From contig CBDANF010000003.1 of NCBI GenBank assembly GCA_965197475.1, positions 1,440,001 to 1,504,000 of the forward strand: a stretch of 64,000 nucleotides of DNA. Direction: 5' to 3'. The stretch comes from Candidatus Poribacteria bacterium (GTDB lineage Bacteria > Poribacteria > WGA-4E > WGA-3G). The notes under the pieces were generated by a model. The model made no database searches. It worked only from the letters and a program-made list of their open reading frames with translations, and was not told where the DNA came from. Positions 50,302-60,900 of the stretch are shown piece by piece (the first letter of the stretch is position 1; every line of letters starts with the position of its first letter). The position numbers and the translations under genes are program-made.

Positions 50302-51765
50302 TTAAAAATCAAACAACGTCGGCTGCATCTGTTTGCCTGTCCACGGATTCGCAAGCGATGGCAATTTCAAAATCCGATTCGGGTTTTGATCAAAACGGAA
50401 ATACTCTTCAACCGAAAAGCACTGGATAGGCGGATACTCAGACGCACCGATCTTGACCGGATCTAAAGTATGCCTCCAATTCCGTTGCGCGGTTTGTGCA
50501 TTGAGCGTGATTAGAATACCCATCGCAGCGTTTTCGTTACGGATATTTGCATGGAGTCGATCATACTTAGCTTTCTGTGGTCCAGAAGCACCGGTGACCT
50601 GCACGATAATCGCTTTACGATCCATGTTATCGGGCTTATTGAACAGCATCCCGAACCCGTCGACACCATCGTCGCCGACTTTTTTTGGATTGGCAGCGAA
50701 CCCATCAATAAGCGAAACCGCCCAGTCTTGAAATTTGAAATGGTCAGATTTGACTAACTGTCTTGCTGTCTCCATATCAACAGGAATACCCTACATCGAA
50801 AAATCTTCTCTACCATGCGGTTTGATGCGATGTTCATTGATTAAACGGAGCGCGAACGGAAGAATGTCAATACCAATTACATTACGTTGATTGATAAGGG
50901 CAGCTTCAACCGTTGTACCGCACCCTGCAAACGGGTCGAGCACAAGATCGCCAGGGTTGGAGGAGGCTTTGATGATACGGTCATAGAGTTTGATCGGTTT
51001 TTGCGTAGGATAATCGAGGCGTTCTTTTGCCATTGCGTTGATAATAGGAATATCCCAAACATCACGCATCCTCTGATGCGTTCTCATATATTGTCTGTGA
51101 ATACTCCCATCTTTGTGACGTATCTCTTTATATCTTCCTTTCTCATCTTCACGGGTGTACTTACTTTTAGAAAAATCACTTATAGGTTCGTTACTACCAT
51201 CATCACTAAAAAACGAATCTTTAGATTTTGCATAAAATAAGATCGTATCATGTTTTCTCTTGAAGGCATTACGAGGTTGTCCTGTTCCTTGATAAGACCA
51301 AATAATCTCATTTCGATAGTTTTCTTCACCAAAAATCGCATCTAAAATGAGTTTCAGATAATGGCTTGCATACGGATCGCAATGCAGATAGATGCTACCG
51401 GTATCTTTCAAAATGCGGTGCATCACAAACAACCGCTCTGCCATATAAGAAGTATACGACAACATCTTGCTCTGCGGGATAAACCCTTCAAACCCAGCAA
51501 TTACTTTTGATGCAGGGTTTGCCACAGCATTTTTGAGGCGTTGCACGCGTTCTGCCGATTGGTCGTCCCAGTGCCACACATCGTCAAAAGCTTTGATTTG
51601 TGCTTCGGTTTTCAAACCAGAGTTCTTAAAAATGTTATTATATCTGCGGTCGGAGTTAAAGGGTGGGTCCAGGCAGATAAGGTCAACGCTTTTTTCGGGG
51701 AAGTCTGCCATGATGTCAAGGCAGTCGCCGTAGTATAATGTGTTCGGTTCAAATTTTATGTTCAT
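50302..51765 (-). pseudogene. DNA methyltransferase fused to an Mrr-like nuclease domain, split by an in-frame TAG at 50791-50793
   Basis: LDPPFNS, YLHCD, YPTQKP, LDPFAGCGTT; the same frame continues GIPVDMETARQL..FQDWAV..KKVGDDGVDG..IIVQV. Confidence 0.85.
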
Positions 51766-52010
51766 GGGAGTTGTGTTTTTACTTCACGTAAACCTTCACC
51801 CTTAAAGATAATATTTCGAAGTGAATTATCGTCTGGAATCGTGTTGTATGCTTCAGTTGCTAAATGTATGGCAGTATATTCTGCAATAAGGGTAAACTTT
51901 TGAAATACTATTAATATTGAATTACCACATAGTTTTGCATCAAGTATTAAATTATCGTCTCTTATATGGACTATAACTGAATTATCGTCTCTTATTTGTA
52001 CTGTGAACAT
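51762..52010 (-). CDS. Small hypothetical protein translationally coupled to the MTase
   Basis: RBS AAGGA; ATGA overlap with the MTase start; repeated I(R/P)DDN motif. Confidence 0.5.
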   Translation of the reverse strand: MFTVQIRDDNSVIVHIRDDNLILDAKLCGNSILIVFQKFTLIAEYTAIHLATEAYNTIPDDNSLRNIIFKGEGLREVKTQLP

Positions 52011-52114
52011 TGTTTTTCCTTTGAGGGTATTGGTTAAATAATGATGCAAGAATTAGCGGGATACCCTCTGAACTGCGCTGCATCATATTTCAGTTGCGGT
52101 AATGATAACACTTA

Positions 52115-54462
52115 CTGATATTTCTCAGAATAGTCTTGAACCTAATAATAATCAATAGAAACAAGGTATAGCACCATGAAAATGCGTTTTTGCTGTGTCC
52201 ATTTTCCTTGACTTTTATAGCATGAGATAGCATCCTAATTACAGATTTGAATATAAACAAACATTAGGAGGATATCTCATGCTAACTCAGCTTATCAAAT
52301 CTACCACTTTTTTTCAAGAACTTCTGTCTTCACAGTTTCGGACCTTGAAACAGCATTTTGTTCATACCTTAGTGTTTTTGTCAACCTGCCATCTGTTTGG
52401 GCTCACTAACCCGAATCAAGTGGCGGATGCGTTGTCTATTCCGAAAACGAGGCTATATCGGGAACTGAACACGATGAGTCTTTATCTCTGGCAGCATCTT
52501 TTTGTGCGTATCGGGTGCTATTGCGTTAGAGGTGCTACAGGAGGCAGTATCAAAAAGTGCTGCTTCTCTATCGCGTCTACGTATCGTCATCAGTGTGGAT
52601 GATACCTTTGTTTTCCGCTATGGAGAGGGTCTCGCCTACACATCCAATTGGTGGTCTTCTCAAGCAAAACAGCCGATGAAGGGGCAAAATATATTGGGGA
52701 TCGTCCTAAAGATTGGAAAACGGATCATTCCCCTGAATATGCGACTGATCAGCAAACAAGGACGCGGGAATACGGATAAACCCTCCTGTGTCATCACTAT
52801 GTTCAAGGAAATCTTGTCTTTCTGGCTCATGTAAAAAGTAAGTGCTATTTTTTCAAAGTTATGTTAGAGTGTTACCTATGGACTTTCCAATACAATCTCT
52901 CATGGATGAAGAAAAAACTCAAGCGTGGGTGTTGGATCATTTCCACCCTCAAGGGCTGTGTTGCCCAAAATGCCAAGCGAGCGTGGCGGAGGCACGCAAG
53001 TTCCGTCCGACTGAAACAAGTGGTCTACAAGTGTATCGCTGCAAACACTGTGAGAGCATCTACAACCTCTATACCGGGACGGTCTTTGCTGGCACGCAGT
53101 TTCGTCCCTCACAGGTCGTTCTGCTTTTGCGCGGTGTCTGTCAAGGTGTTTCAAGTGCACAACTCGGGTGTGAACTGGGTCTAAGTCGTCAAACCGTTCT
53201 TTCTATAAGACGTAAACTCCAAACTTCGGCAGAGCAGATACAACCCGAAGCTGCTTTACCTGATGCTGAAGTCGAAACAGATGAGATGTTTCAAAACGCC
53301 GGTGAAAAAGGCGATAAGCACGTTGATGCTTCGGATCCGCCGCGTCGGCGTGGCAATAAACGCAGGGGACATGGGACTTATGACAATGATCGTCCGCCTA
53401 TTGTTGGGACGAAAGGTCGCGAAAGCGGTCTCCTGAGATTACGTGTTGTGCGGCACACCGATTCTGCGACGCTTTCAACACACGTTCATCAGTGGACGTT
53501 GCCGACTTCAACGGTGTATACGGATGGTTGGCGTGGCTATAACCGTATTCAGCGCGCCCGTGAGATTGTTCTCCATAAGGATGGCGAGTGGGCAAGAGAC
53601 GCAGACGGTGATGGTCTTTACGAGATCCATACAAGGACGATTGAAGGTGCCTGGACGACGCTGCGAAACTTCCTTCGTCCCTTTCGTGGCGTTCATAAAA
53701 AGTTCCTCGCCGGTTACGTCGCAATCTGTGAGTTCGTCATGAATCTAAAAGCTGTCAGTGTTGATTTTATAGCAAAACTCGTCAAAAGCACTTACTCTTG
53801 ACATGAGCGGTCTTTCTTTGAAGGGACCGGAATAGATATTCGAAACTATCCGGTCACCTTTGATTCGTGGTATGGTAGCCGCCACTTGATTGACACCTTG
53901 CGAGAAATGGGATTTGAAACGATCCTTGTGCACGGAAAAAGCAACTATGTGATGACGATTGATGAAAAAAGGGCGAAACTCTCGGAACATAAAAAGTCGA
54001 TCCAACTCCTCTCCAATCAATGGGGGTGGGATAAACCGGTCTATCGGACTAAAGCCACAAGTCCAACTTTTGGAAAAGTAGTGGTGTTGTTCTTTGCAGA
54101 CCGTGGCAAAGTCCGAACAATGCTCGTATTCGGGAAACCGCTGCGTGCGTGTGAAATCCTGCGGATATGGTCTCAACACCACGGTATAGAACAGTATTGG
54201 CGGTATCTAAAAACAGACCTAAACCTTGCATCCATGAGCCTAAAAGGACGGAATGGCGCGTATGTGAACTTAGGTGTGAAAGTGATGAGCTACCTTTTGA
54301 TACAGCAGGTCAGTCGCTCCGTGCGAAAAACCTTTCATCAAGGACAACTTGAACTTTCAGGACAGAGGCAGATGCTGTCTGATCTCAGCGAGCATTTTCA
54401 TGAACAAATACCAAGAAAACATTGATAAACATTGACATATGAAGAATTTTGATAAATATCAG
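52115..54462 (+). mobile_element. IS701/ISH3-like (DDE_5) element inserted in the IS1 leader; transposase interrupted
   Basis: TIRs CTGATATTTCTCAGAAT / ATTTTGATAAATATCAG; 5-bp TSD ACTTA; SVDDT, FDSWYG and W...IEQ motifs; frame rejoins when the IS1595 is removed; extra frameshift near 52515. Confidence 0.88.
52824..53809 (+). mobile_element. IS1595-family element, copy 2 (innermost)
   Basis: Same 986-bp element as 48239-49224 with a few substitutions; 8-bp TSD GTCTTTCT. Confidence 0.95.
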
Positions 54463-54572
54463 ACTTATAACGAGAGTTGTCAATGAAAAAATCAGACTGA
54501 TTTTCATTGACTTATATGCCTAAAACTTGTATCCTCATTGAAACAACTCATTTCTACTCACAGGAGGATACC

Positions 54573-55301
54573 ATGAAAGCGTGTCCAAGATGTCAACATA
54601 TTCACTTCGTCAAAAACGGGTTCGTCAACGCAAAACAACGCTATAAATGTCCAAGTTGCCACTATCAATTCACACGCAAAACACCACGAGGTAAACCCCA
54701 GACACATAAAACCCTCGCTCTGCTCTTGGACTGCCACGGTATTTCAATGAATGCTATCTCAAAACTCTTCAACATTCATGTAACAACTGTTCTCAAATGG
54801 GGACGCTCCTATGCGAAAAAACACGCCCCGAAACGGACATTTTCACCCGGATCCACCGTAGTTTTGGAGCTTGATGAAATGTGGCATTATATCGGAAAGA
54901 AGAAAAACAAACTTTGGATATGGAAAGCACTTGACAGGAACACAGGATACCTCATAGATTGGCAATGCGGCGGACGCAACACAGAAACCCTTGAAAAACT
55001 GACGCATCGCCTCAAAGCCTTGAATGTCAAAATGTCCTACACCGACAAGTGGCAGGTGGACGAATCCATCCTACCTGCTTCAAAACATGTTCAAACGAAG
55101 GCGGAGACACATCGCATTGAACGCAACAATTGCTTGATGCGGCACTGGTTCGGCCGGTTCAAACGTCCGTCCATTATTGTTTCAAAAAGTGTGGAGATGG
55201 TGAACCTAACGATTGCCTTGTTCGCACGATTTCGTGTTAATGGAGACGTGTTTGACATTTTAAAACTTGGCGGAATGGAAACCATGAATATCATTAGTTA
55301 G
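54573..55301 (+). CDS. IS1-family transposase (single InsAB-type ORF)
   Basis: CPRC...KNG....QRYKC..C, ELDEMW, WIWKA, YTDKW, T..IER.N..RH. Confidence 0.92.
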   Translation: MKACPRCQHIHFVKNGFVNAKQRYKCPSCHYQFTRKTPRGKPQTHKTLALLLDCHGISMNAISKLFNIHVTTVLKWGRSYAKKHAPKRTFSPGSTVVLELDEMWHYIGKKKNKLWIWKALDRNTGYLIDWQCGGRNTETLEKLTHRLKALNVKMSYTDKWQVDESILPASKHVQTKAETHRIERNNCLMRHWFGRFKRPSIIVSKSVEMVNLTIALFARFRVNGDVFDILKLGGMETMNIIS

Positions 55302-55339
55302 GCAATACCCTCTTTCCTTTATTATGCGTGGTCAAACTT

Positions 55340-55708
55340 TTAATCCCATGGGGTATTCGCACGAATTGGATAAACACCTGGAGGGGGTTCACCTTCCAAT
55401 AGATTAAATTTATCGTGAAAATATTTCTCAATGCCAAGTCTATCAGGTTCTAAATAAACTTGTGCCCACGTAACAAACAAAGTATAGTTTGAATAATTTT
55501 GAATTCGTGAATCTAAACGATGTGCTGCTATCCTCTCTCTAATATTACCTTGTCCAACGTAAACCATTGTTGAGGTGTTTGATGCTGTTATATACCAAAT
55601 AATATAAACACCTTTGAATTCATCATAGTTAGTATGAGATAAATCAACTCTGTTAAGTTCATAATAATGATTGTTGTTGTCTTTAAGATACCAATCAAGT
55701 TGGGGCAT
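55340..55708 (-). CDS. Small GIY-YIG-like protein
   Basis: GVYIIW...VYVGQG.I.ERI..H...LFVTWA...GIEKY; RBS AAGGAG. Confidence 0.65.
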   Translation of the reverse strand: MPQLDWYLKDNNNHYYELNRVDLSHTNYDEFKGVYIIWYITASNTSTMVYVGQGNIRERIAAHRLDSRIQNYSNYTLFVTWAQVYLEPDRLGIEKYFHDKFNLLEGEPPPGVYPIRANTPWD

Positions 55709-55709
55709 A

Positions 55710-56219
55710 TCAATACTCCTTTTGAGTTGGATATATTCCGAGATGCTGCAATGCATTCGAAACAAATTCTTGTAATTCGATAGTAACTGGATGAATTCCC
55801 GGTCCCGTAGATGGAATGGTTAACAGGGTTAAAATTTCTTGCGTTTCATTTTTACTAATTTTGATTTGCCCTGAAATACGAAAAGTTTCTACAATATAGT
55901 CTGCGTCAGTAGATTCGCGCACACGATAAGTCTCAATCAAAGCTTTTCCTGCTGTCTCCGATACTTGTTCCGAAGTTGCTTTACCTTTTCCTTGTGCTTG
56001 TTCTGTTTGTATCTGTTTTATGCCAGGATGTTGAATAACTTTAACACCAGCACTAATAAGATATTTTTCAATACGATTAGCAAACGTAACTTCACTATAC
56101 GCATAACTTGCGGGGATGACAGTAAAAGTGGGATTTTTTGGCACGTCACGTAAAACAATGAACTCTTTTGATGCACAACTTGTTAGGATTAGCAATAGGA
56201 AAATACACAGTTTTTTCAT
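55710..56219 (-). CDS. Hypothetical lipoprotein
   Basis: MKK-hydrophobic-LTSC lipobox. Confidence 0.75.
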   Translation of the reverse strand: MKKLCIFLLLILTSCASKEFIVLRDVPKNPTFTVIPASYAYSEVTFANRIEKYLISAGVKVIQHPGIKQIQTEQAQGKGKATSEQVSETAGKALIETYRVRESTDADYIVETFRISGQIKISKNETQEILTLLTIPSTGPGIHPVTIELQEFVSNALQHLGIYPTQKEY

Positions 56220-56353
56220 AATAGCCCTCTGTTTGTAGTCGCGCAATTCATTGCGTCTCTTTTGTCTGAATCGCGGATTATCACGGATTACACGGATTAT
56301 AGTTGAATATAGCGTTCACTCTACCCAAGCTATAGCCCTTATAATGTGAAACC

Positions 56354-56773
56354 TTATGGTAAGTTAACACGGATCGGAGGGACGTTTGCTGGAAAGCGTT
56401 GATTTAGTACAGGGTGCAGAACTGATCCAAGATACCTTTCAATCCCTTGGTAGGTATCTATAACTTGATCTGTGGATAATGTGAGTGAGACATTCAAAGG
56501 TAATGTTGCCCATGTAGTATACAATTCGCGAGACTTATATCGCTGAAATGTGTTTTTTCTTAGGTGCATTTCAAACCTATCTTTGATCAATCCCGTTCCG
56601 ACATACAAATAGGTTCGGTTAACCTGTGATGCCCAAATGATGTAAACACCGTAGATGCTCGTCTTAGATGGGGTCTGTATGACAAGACGCGGATCATCTA
56701 AGATATTAGAGTCAAATCTACTCCAAGATATATTGAACCGATCTTTTTTCCAGTGTAGTATTATTGTATGCAT
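56354..56773 (-). CDS. Small GIY-YIG-like protein (paralog of 55340-55708)
   Basis: GVYIIW...LYVGTG.I.DRF..H...LYTTWA...GIERY...PIRVN. Confidence 0.65.
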   Translation of the reverse strand: MHTIILHWKKDRFNISWSRFDSNILDDPRLVIQTPSKTSIYGVYIIWASQVNRTYLYVGTGLIKDRFEMHLRKNTFQRYKSRELYTTWATLPLNVSLTLSTDQVIDTYQGIERYLGSVLHPVLNQRFPANVPPIRVNLP

Positions 56774-56786
56774 AACAGGTTACCTA

Positions 56787-57275
56787 TTACTCTGTTGAAG
56801 ATTGTTCTCCTTCATCTGACTGTTGTAATATTTGTGGTAGTGGTTCTGTGAAGTATTCACCACTTGCTGCGGCTTCTTCACGTCTCCGCTCCCAATCAGC
56901 CAGTTGTTGAGAAATCCTTTCTTCAGCCTCTTTTATGCCCTCGAGTCTTCCAATTGTTCTTTCAATCTCTTTTCTTTCCTTCAATTTTTCAAGAAACCAG
57001 TCGGACAAAAATATGAACACATCAAAACCTCCTATTATAATTGCAGAACCTGCTGTGCCTACAGGAATAAATTGTGAAACTCGTTCCACCCAGTTATCCA
57101 AAGACTGGTGCCCATTCCAACCTTGATCTAATTCATAAATTAGGGTGATATATCCGTACACAAGGAAAGAGATAGAGGCAATAATCAATCCTGAAGTGAC
57201 TTTGTTTTTTTTCCAATAGTTTCTAAATCTTTCCCAATACATAACTTTCAAAATGTCCCAGATACTTGAAGGCAT
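56787..57275 (-). CDS. Hypothetical membrane protein (2 TM plus charged tail)
   Basis: Two hydrophobic segments; C-terminal WERRREEAAASGEYFTEPLP. Confidence 0.6.
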   Translation of the reverse strand: MPSSIWDILKVMYWERFRNYWKKNKVTSGLIIASISFLVYGYITLIYELDQGWNGHQSLDNWVERVSQFIPVGTAGSAIIIGGFDVFIFLSDWFLEKLKERKEIERTIGRLEGIKEAEERISQQLADWERRREEAAASGEYFTEPLPQILQQSDEGEQSSTE

Positions 57276-57554
57276 TATACCATATAAATAATAAAATATA
57301 CCAACAAAATATGAGGGGTTTTAGCGTCTCCCCGCAGTCCGTAGGTTGGTAGAGCTTGCGAAACCCGACAAAATTATGTTGTAGAATATATCATAGACAA
57401 AAGGTGTCCTCTCCCCGATAATGCTATTAAAGCATAGTACAGATTTAACGAAATGTCAAGCCTTTTTTGCAATCTTGTAATCCTGAGAATCCTGGTTCAG
57501 ACAAACAAGGCGGGGCACAGAGACCCTGCCCTACTACCTTAAGCACGTCTTAGG

Positions 57555-58538
57555 TTAATTGGGTAAGCGAATTCGCTGTCCCGTATGTGCGGATTCGTGC
57601 AATGCGTCAATGACACGCATATTTCCCAGTGCATCTGCAATTGGCAAACGGAGCGGAGTGCCATTTTCTAACGTTTCACATAGATTCAAAATCTCAGCGG
57701 CATAAGGATTCACACCGTTAACACTGACAGTTTCTCCGTTTACGGTGAAGTGCGATTCCCCTTCACCGTTTCCCCATGCCTTTTGAACAAAGAGACTTCC
57801 CTTTGTGCCAGCAACTTCATAGCATTCGCGCCATGTCCAACCGAAACTGCAATCAAATTGTCCGGTGACACCATCACCAAAGTCTAATGTTCCGATGAGG
57901 GTTTCCCAGACATTGTTAAGCGGCTCGTATTTACCTGTAGCCCATGCAGACTGCGGTTCTTGCCCAACAAGGTAACGGATGATGTTGATGCAATAGCATC
58001 CTAAATCCATAACAGCACCGCCACCGAGGTCACCTCTTAAACGCCAATTTTGTCTATCTGTGAGTTGCGTTGAAAAAGTGGAGCGTACGTATCGGACATC
58101 ACCTATTGCACCCTCCTCAATTTTCTGCTTTACAGCTAACGTCAATGGGTGGTGTCGGTACATAAACGCTTCCATCAGATTGATGTTCGCGCGTTCTGTA
58201 ACCTGAATCATCTGTTCAAGTTGTGACGTATTGACAGCAATAGGCTTTTCAACGAGGATTCCCTTAATACCACATCGCACGGCTTCAAGGACATTTTTCA
58301 GATGACTTGAGGGCCACGTGGCAACCACGAGGATATCAGGCTGCTGTTTCTCCAGCATCTGCCGAAGGTCCTTATAGGTATTTTGAACGTTATATTCGGT
58401 AGCAAAGCGCGAAAGTGCCTCAAATTTCTCATCACAAGCACCGACAATCTCAATTTCCGGCACGTTACGCCAAGCGTTTCCGTGCGCGTGTGAGATTCCA
58501 CCGCACCCAACGATTGCCACGCGATATTTTTTCGCCAT
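57555..58538 (-). CDS. Gfo/Idh/MocA oxidoreductase
   Basis: AIVGCGGI, LVEKPIA, EAFMYRHHP, GGGAVMDLGCY. Confidence 0.93.
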   Translation of the reverse strand: MAKKYRVAIVGCGGISHAHGNAWRNVPEIEIVGACDEKFEALSRFATEYNVQNTYKDLRQMLEKQQPDILVVATWPSSHLKNVLEAVRCGIKGILVEKPIAVNTSQLEQMIQVTERANINLMEAFMYRHHPLTLAVKQKIEEGAIGDVRYVRSTFSTQLTDRQNWRLRGDLGGGAVMDLGCYCINIIRYLVGQEPQSAWATGKYEPLNNVWETLIGTLDFGDGVTGQFDCSFGWTWRECYEVAGTKGSLFVQKAWGNGEGESHFTVNGETVSVNGVNPYAAEILNLCETLENGTPLRLPIADALGNMRVIDALHESAHTGQRIRLPN

Positions 58539-58548
58539 TATTCTCACC

Positions 58549-59520
58549 TCATAGCGAAGAAATTTGGACAAGCCTATTCTCTTGTCCTGAGAGATTTGCT
58601 GCGAGTGATATTTCAAGTGATTTAACCGCATCGGTATATGGACTCAAAATCTGTGATGCATCACTACTACGGACTGCATTTACAAAAACTTCGTCAATGG
58701 TGGGACCAGGCTCTGTTTTATCCACCCATTCGCCGCCTTCATGGACCGAGACTCTTGCGGGATTCCAATTCAACAATTCACCGTCATATAGGATATCTAA
58801 CACATTCGCATTGTCCCAACCACCCGCATAAGCCCAAGCAGCTGTCATTGAACCGACCGCGCCGTTGGTAAATTGGAGTGTCACACTGTTGCTATCTGGA
58901 CAATCGATCTGTTTCAAAAAACGATTTGCCTGCATCGCGTAGACCGATTCCACATCGCCAATCAGATTACGCATCATATCAATTGTGTGTGTTGCCTGTT
59001 CAACTAATTGACCACCTGACTTGTTCATCTGCCGCAACCAACCTTCAGGATTACCCCGACCGCTGCCGCACCAATACTTGCCGACAACCATGTTAATCGT
59101 CTTTCCTTCAAGAATTTCCTTCGTTATCCGCGTTGAACCGAGATAACGGAGTTGGTATCCGACACAGGTTATCAGTCCCGCTTTTGTCACCGCAGCTTCA
59201 ACTTCACGTGCGATGTCAATGTTGATTGCTACCGGTTTCTCAACGAAGAACGGTAACCCCCGCTCAATCACGTCTAACTCAGGTTGACCGTGTACAAAAA
59301 CGGGTAGACTCAAATAGATAGCGTCCAAGTCATCCCGTTCCAACATTGCGCGATGTTCTGTATATGGATCCGCGTTATGTTTTTCCGCTGCATTTTGCGC
59401 CTTTTGAGGTACAATATCACATATCGCAACGACGTTCGCGCCTTCCATATCAGATAACCGATTCATGTGACCGTTCGCATTGCCACCAGATCCAATAAAA
59501 CCAATTTTAACTTCTTTCAT
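58549..59520 (-). CDS. Gfo/Idh/MocA oxidoreductase
   Basis: GFIGSGG, FVEKPVA, VGYQLRY, SGGQLVEQATHTID. Confidence 0.93.
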   Translation of the reverse strand: MKEVKIGFIGSGGNANGHMNRLSDMEGANVVAICDIVPQKAQNAAEKHNADPYTEHRAMLERDDLDAIYLSLPVFVHGQPELDVIERGLPFFVEKPVAINIDIAREVEAAVTKAGLITCVGYQLRYLGSTRITKEILEGKTINMVVGKYWCGSGRGNPEGWLRQMNKSGGQLVEQATHTIDMMRNLIGDVESVYAMQANRFLKQIDCPDSNSVTLQFTNGAVGSMTAAWAYAGGWDNANVLDILYDGELLNWNPARVSVHEGGEWVDKTEPGPTIDEVFVNAVRSSDASQILSPYTDAVKSLEISLAANLSGQENRLVQISSL

Positions 59521-59615
59521 ATTTTACCTTTCTGTTATTTGAAGTCTATAGGCAAATTCAAAGCTACAGATTATCCGATGTTTTGGATACTGCAGCTTAT
59601 TGCTACGCGCCTTGG

Positions 59616-60830
59616 TTAGCGCGCCTTAAAATTAACTTGTAATGCCTTTTCAATATCTTCACGTGGATGAATCCCATACTGTTCCTCAAAATTCCTGTCA
59701 AATGCAGCTTCTTCGTCCGGATCAGGTTGAATCGGGAGTTGAATCGGTTGCCGATTCTTATGCACAGAACGGTGTGCAGCAATAACCATTTCCTGATCCG
59801 CTCTACCCATTTCTCCGGTCCAAAGCGGTTGTGTGTCTTCTCTAACTGCGCGTCCGATACCATCAAGCATTGCCGCAAGTGAAATACCGCCCTCGGAGAT
59901 TTGGGTGTCTTGATAAGGATTACGCCATTCAATTGTACCGCCAATGGATGGTGGGAGTTCAACAAAGATACGCTGCAGAACCTTATCCTCACCGTATTCT
60001 CTCTGAAATTCGTAAGTTCGTGCCTTTCCTCCGCGTTGGCTAATATCTTCATCTGTGCAAACGTTGACGGTTTCGCTGCCGGAAGCACCTTGGTTGCCAT
60101 TTGTGATAATTGTGCCGCGTTCACCGCACGTCTCAAAACCGACAAGTTTGTTCCGTCCGAGACATCCGTTCTTATTGCCTACCATTGCGATACCGAGTCC
60201 GCCATTGTCAAAATCAACTGCGTAGAATTCAAGACCTTCCCGATTGTAGTCGCGTTTTGCCCGGTCAACATAAGGCACAATAGGCATTGAATGTCCGATG
60301 CTACTTACTGTTGTTGGGGCAGCATTCATCCGACACCGTATTGCGGCAAGTCCATGGTAACCGGTCGTGGAAAACAACCGATAGCACTTATGCACCTTGC
60401 CGATTACATCTTCCTGAATGAGTTTGCAGACAAACTGTTCTACAGGGACAAAGGGAAAGTTCTCGGATGTTTGCAATTTTACACCGTTTTCAGCTGCATC
60501 CGCTATCATCATATCCATCAAACCGAGTGTCGGCGCAAGCGGGGTTTCCACATTATGTGATATACCGCAACGGGACAGGTAACAGGAAACGATATGATGC
60601 AGTGGTGCAGGCACGACAACATCGCAAACATCGGGTGACACTTCGTCAATGAGTTTTCGGACATCGGTATATGCCTTAACGCTGAGTCTTGCTGCGCCTG
60701 TCTCAGCGGATTCCTGATGTGCATCACACACAGCGACGACTTCAAAGGTATCTTTTAGTGCAGCAGCAGTTGACAGATGCGCTGAGCCTCGTCGTCCATG
60801 ACCGATTAATGCATATTTTAAACGTGACAT
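59616..60830 (-). CDS. Divergent Gfo/Idh/MocA oxidoreductase
   Basis: ALIGHGRRG, VAVCD, VETPLA, SEN. Confidence 0.85.
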   Translation of the reverse strand: MSRLKYALIGHGRRGSAHLSTAAALKDTFEVVAVCDAHQESAETGAARLSVKAYTDVRKLIDEVSPDVCDVVVPAPLHHIVSCYLSRCGISHNVETPLAPTLGLMDMMIADAAENGVKLQTSENFPFVPVEQFVCKLIQEDVIGKVHKCYRLFSTTGYHGLAAIRCRMNAAPTTVSSIGHSMPIVPYVDRAKRDYNREGLEFYAVDFDNGGLGIAMVGNKNGCLGRNKLVGFETCGERGTIITNGNQGASGSETVNVCTDEDISQRGGKARTYEFQREYGEDKVLQRIFVELPPSIGGTIEWRNPYQDTQISEGGISLAAMLDGIGRAVREDTQPLWTGEMGRADQEMVIAAHRSVHKNRQPIQLPIQPDPDEEAAFDRNFEEQYGIHPREDIEKALQVNFKAR

Positions 60831-60900
60831 TTTCTATCAACCTTCTGAGAATTTATCCAAGCACAAAGTCAACACGGAGGTCACAGTCCCACCGTGTTTT

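Larger units (their letters stand above)
52023..55312 (+). mobile_element. IS1-family element (outer member of the nest)
   Basis: TIRs GAGGGTATTGGTTAAATAATGAT / ATCATTAGTTAGGCAATACCCTC; 8-bp TSD TTTCCTTT. Confidence 0.9.

Noticed and set aside
50791-50793. Pyrrolysine or recoded TAG readthrough
   Set aside because: Other genes in the window end normally at TAG (e.g. 9408, 43588, 45679) and there is no pyl context; a nonsense change is more likely
48239-53809. Composite transposon bounded by the two IS1595 copies
   Set aside because: Each copy has its own distinct TSD, so they inserted independently
56265-56300. Short tandem CGGATTA repeats (and AATCCTG repeats near 57470 and 28285)
   Set aside because: Degenerate 8-9 bp intergenic repeats accompanying REPs; too short to support a separate system
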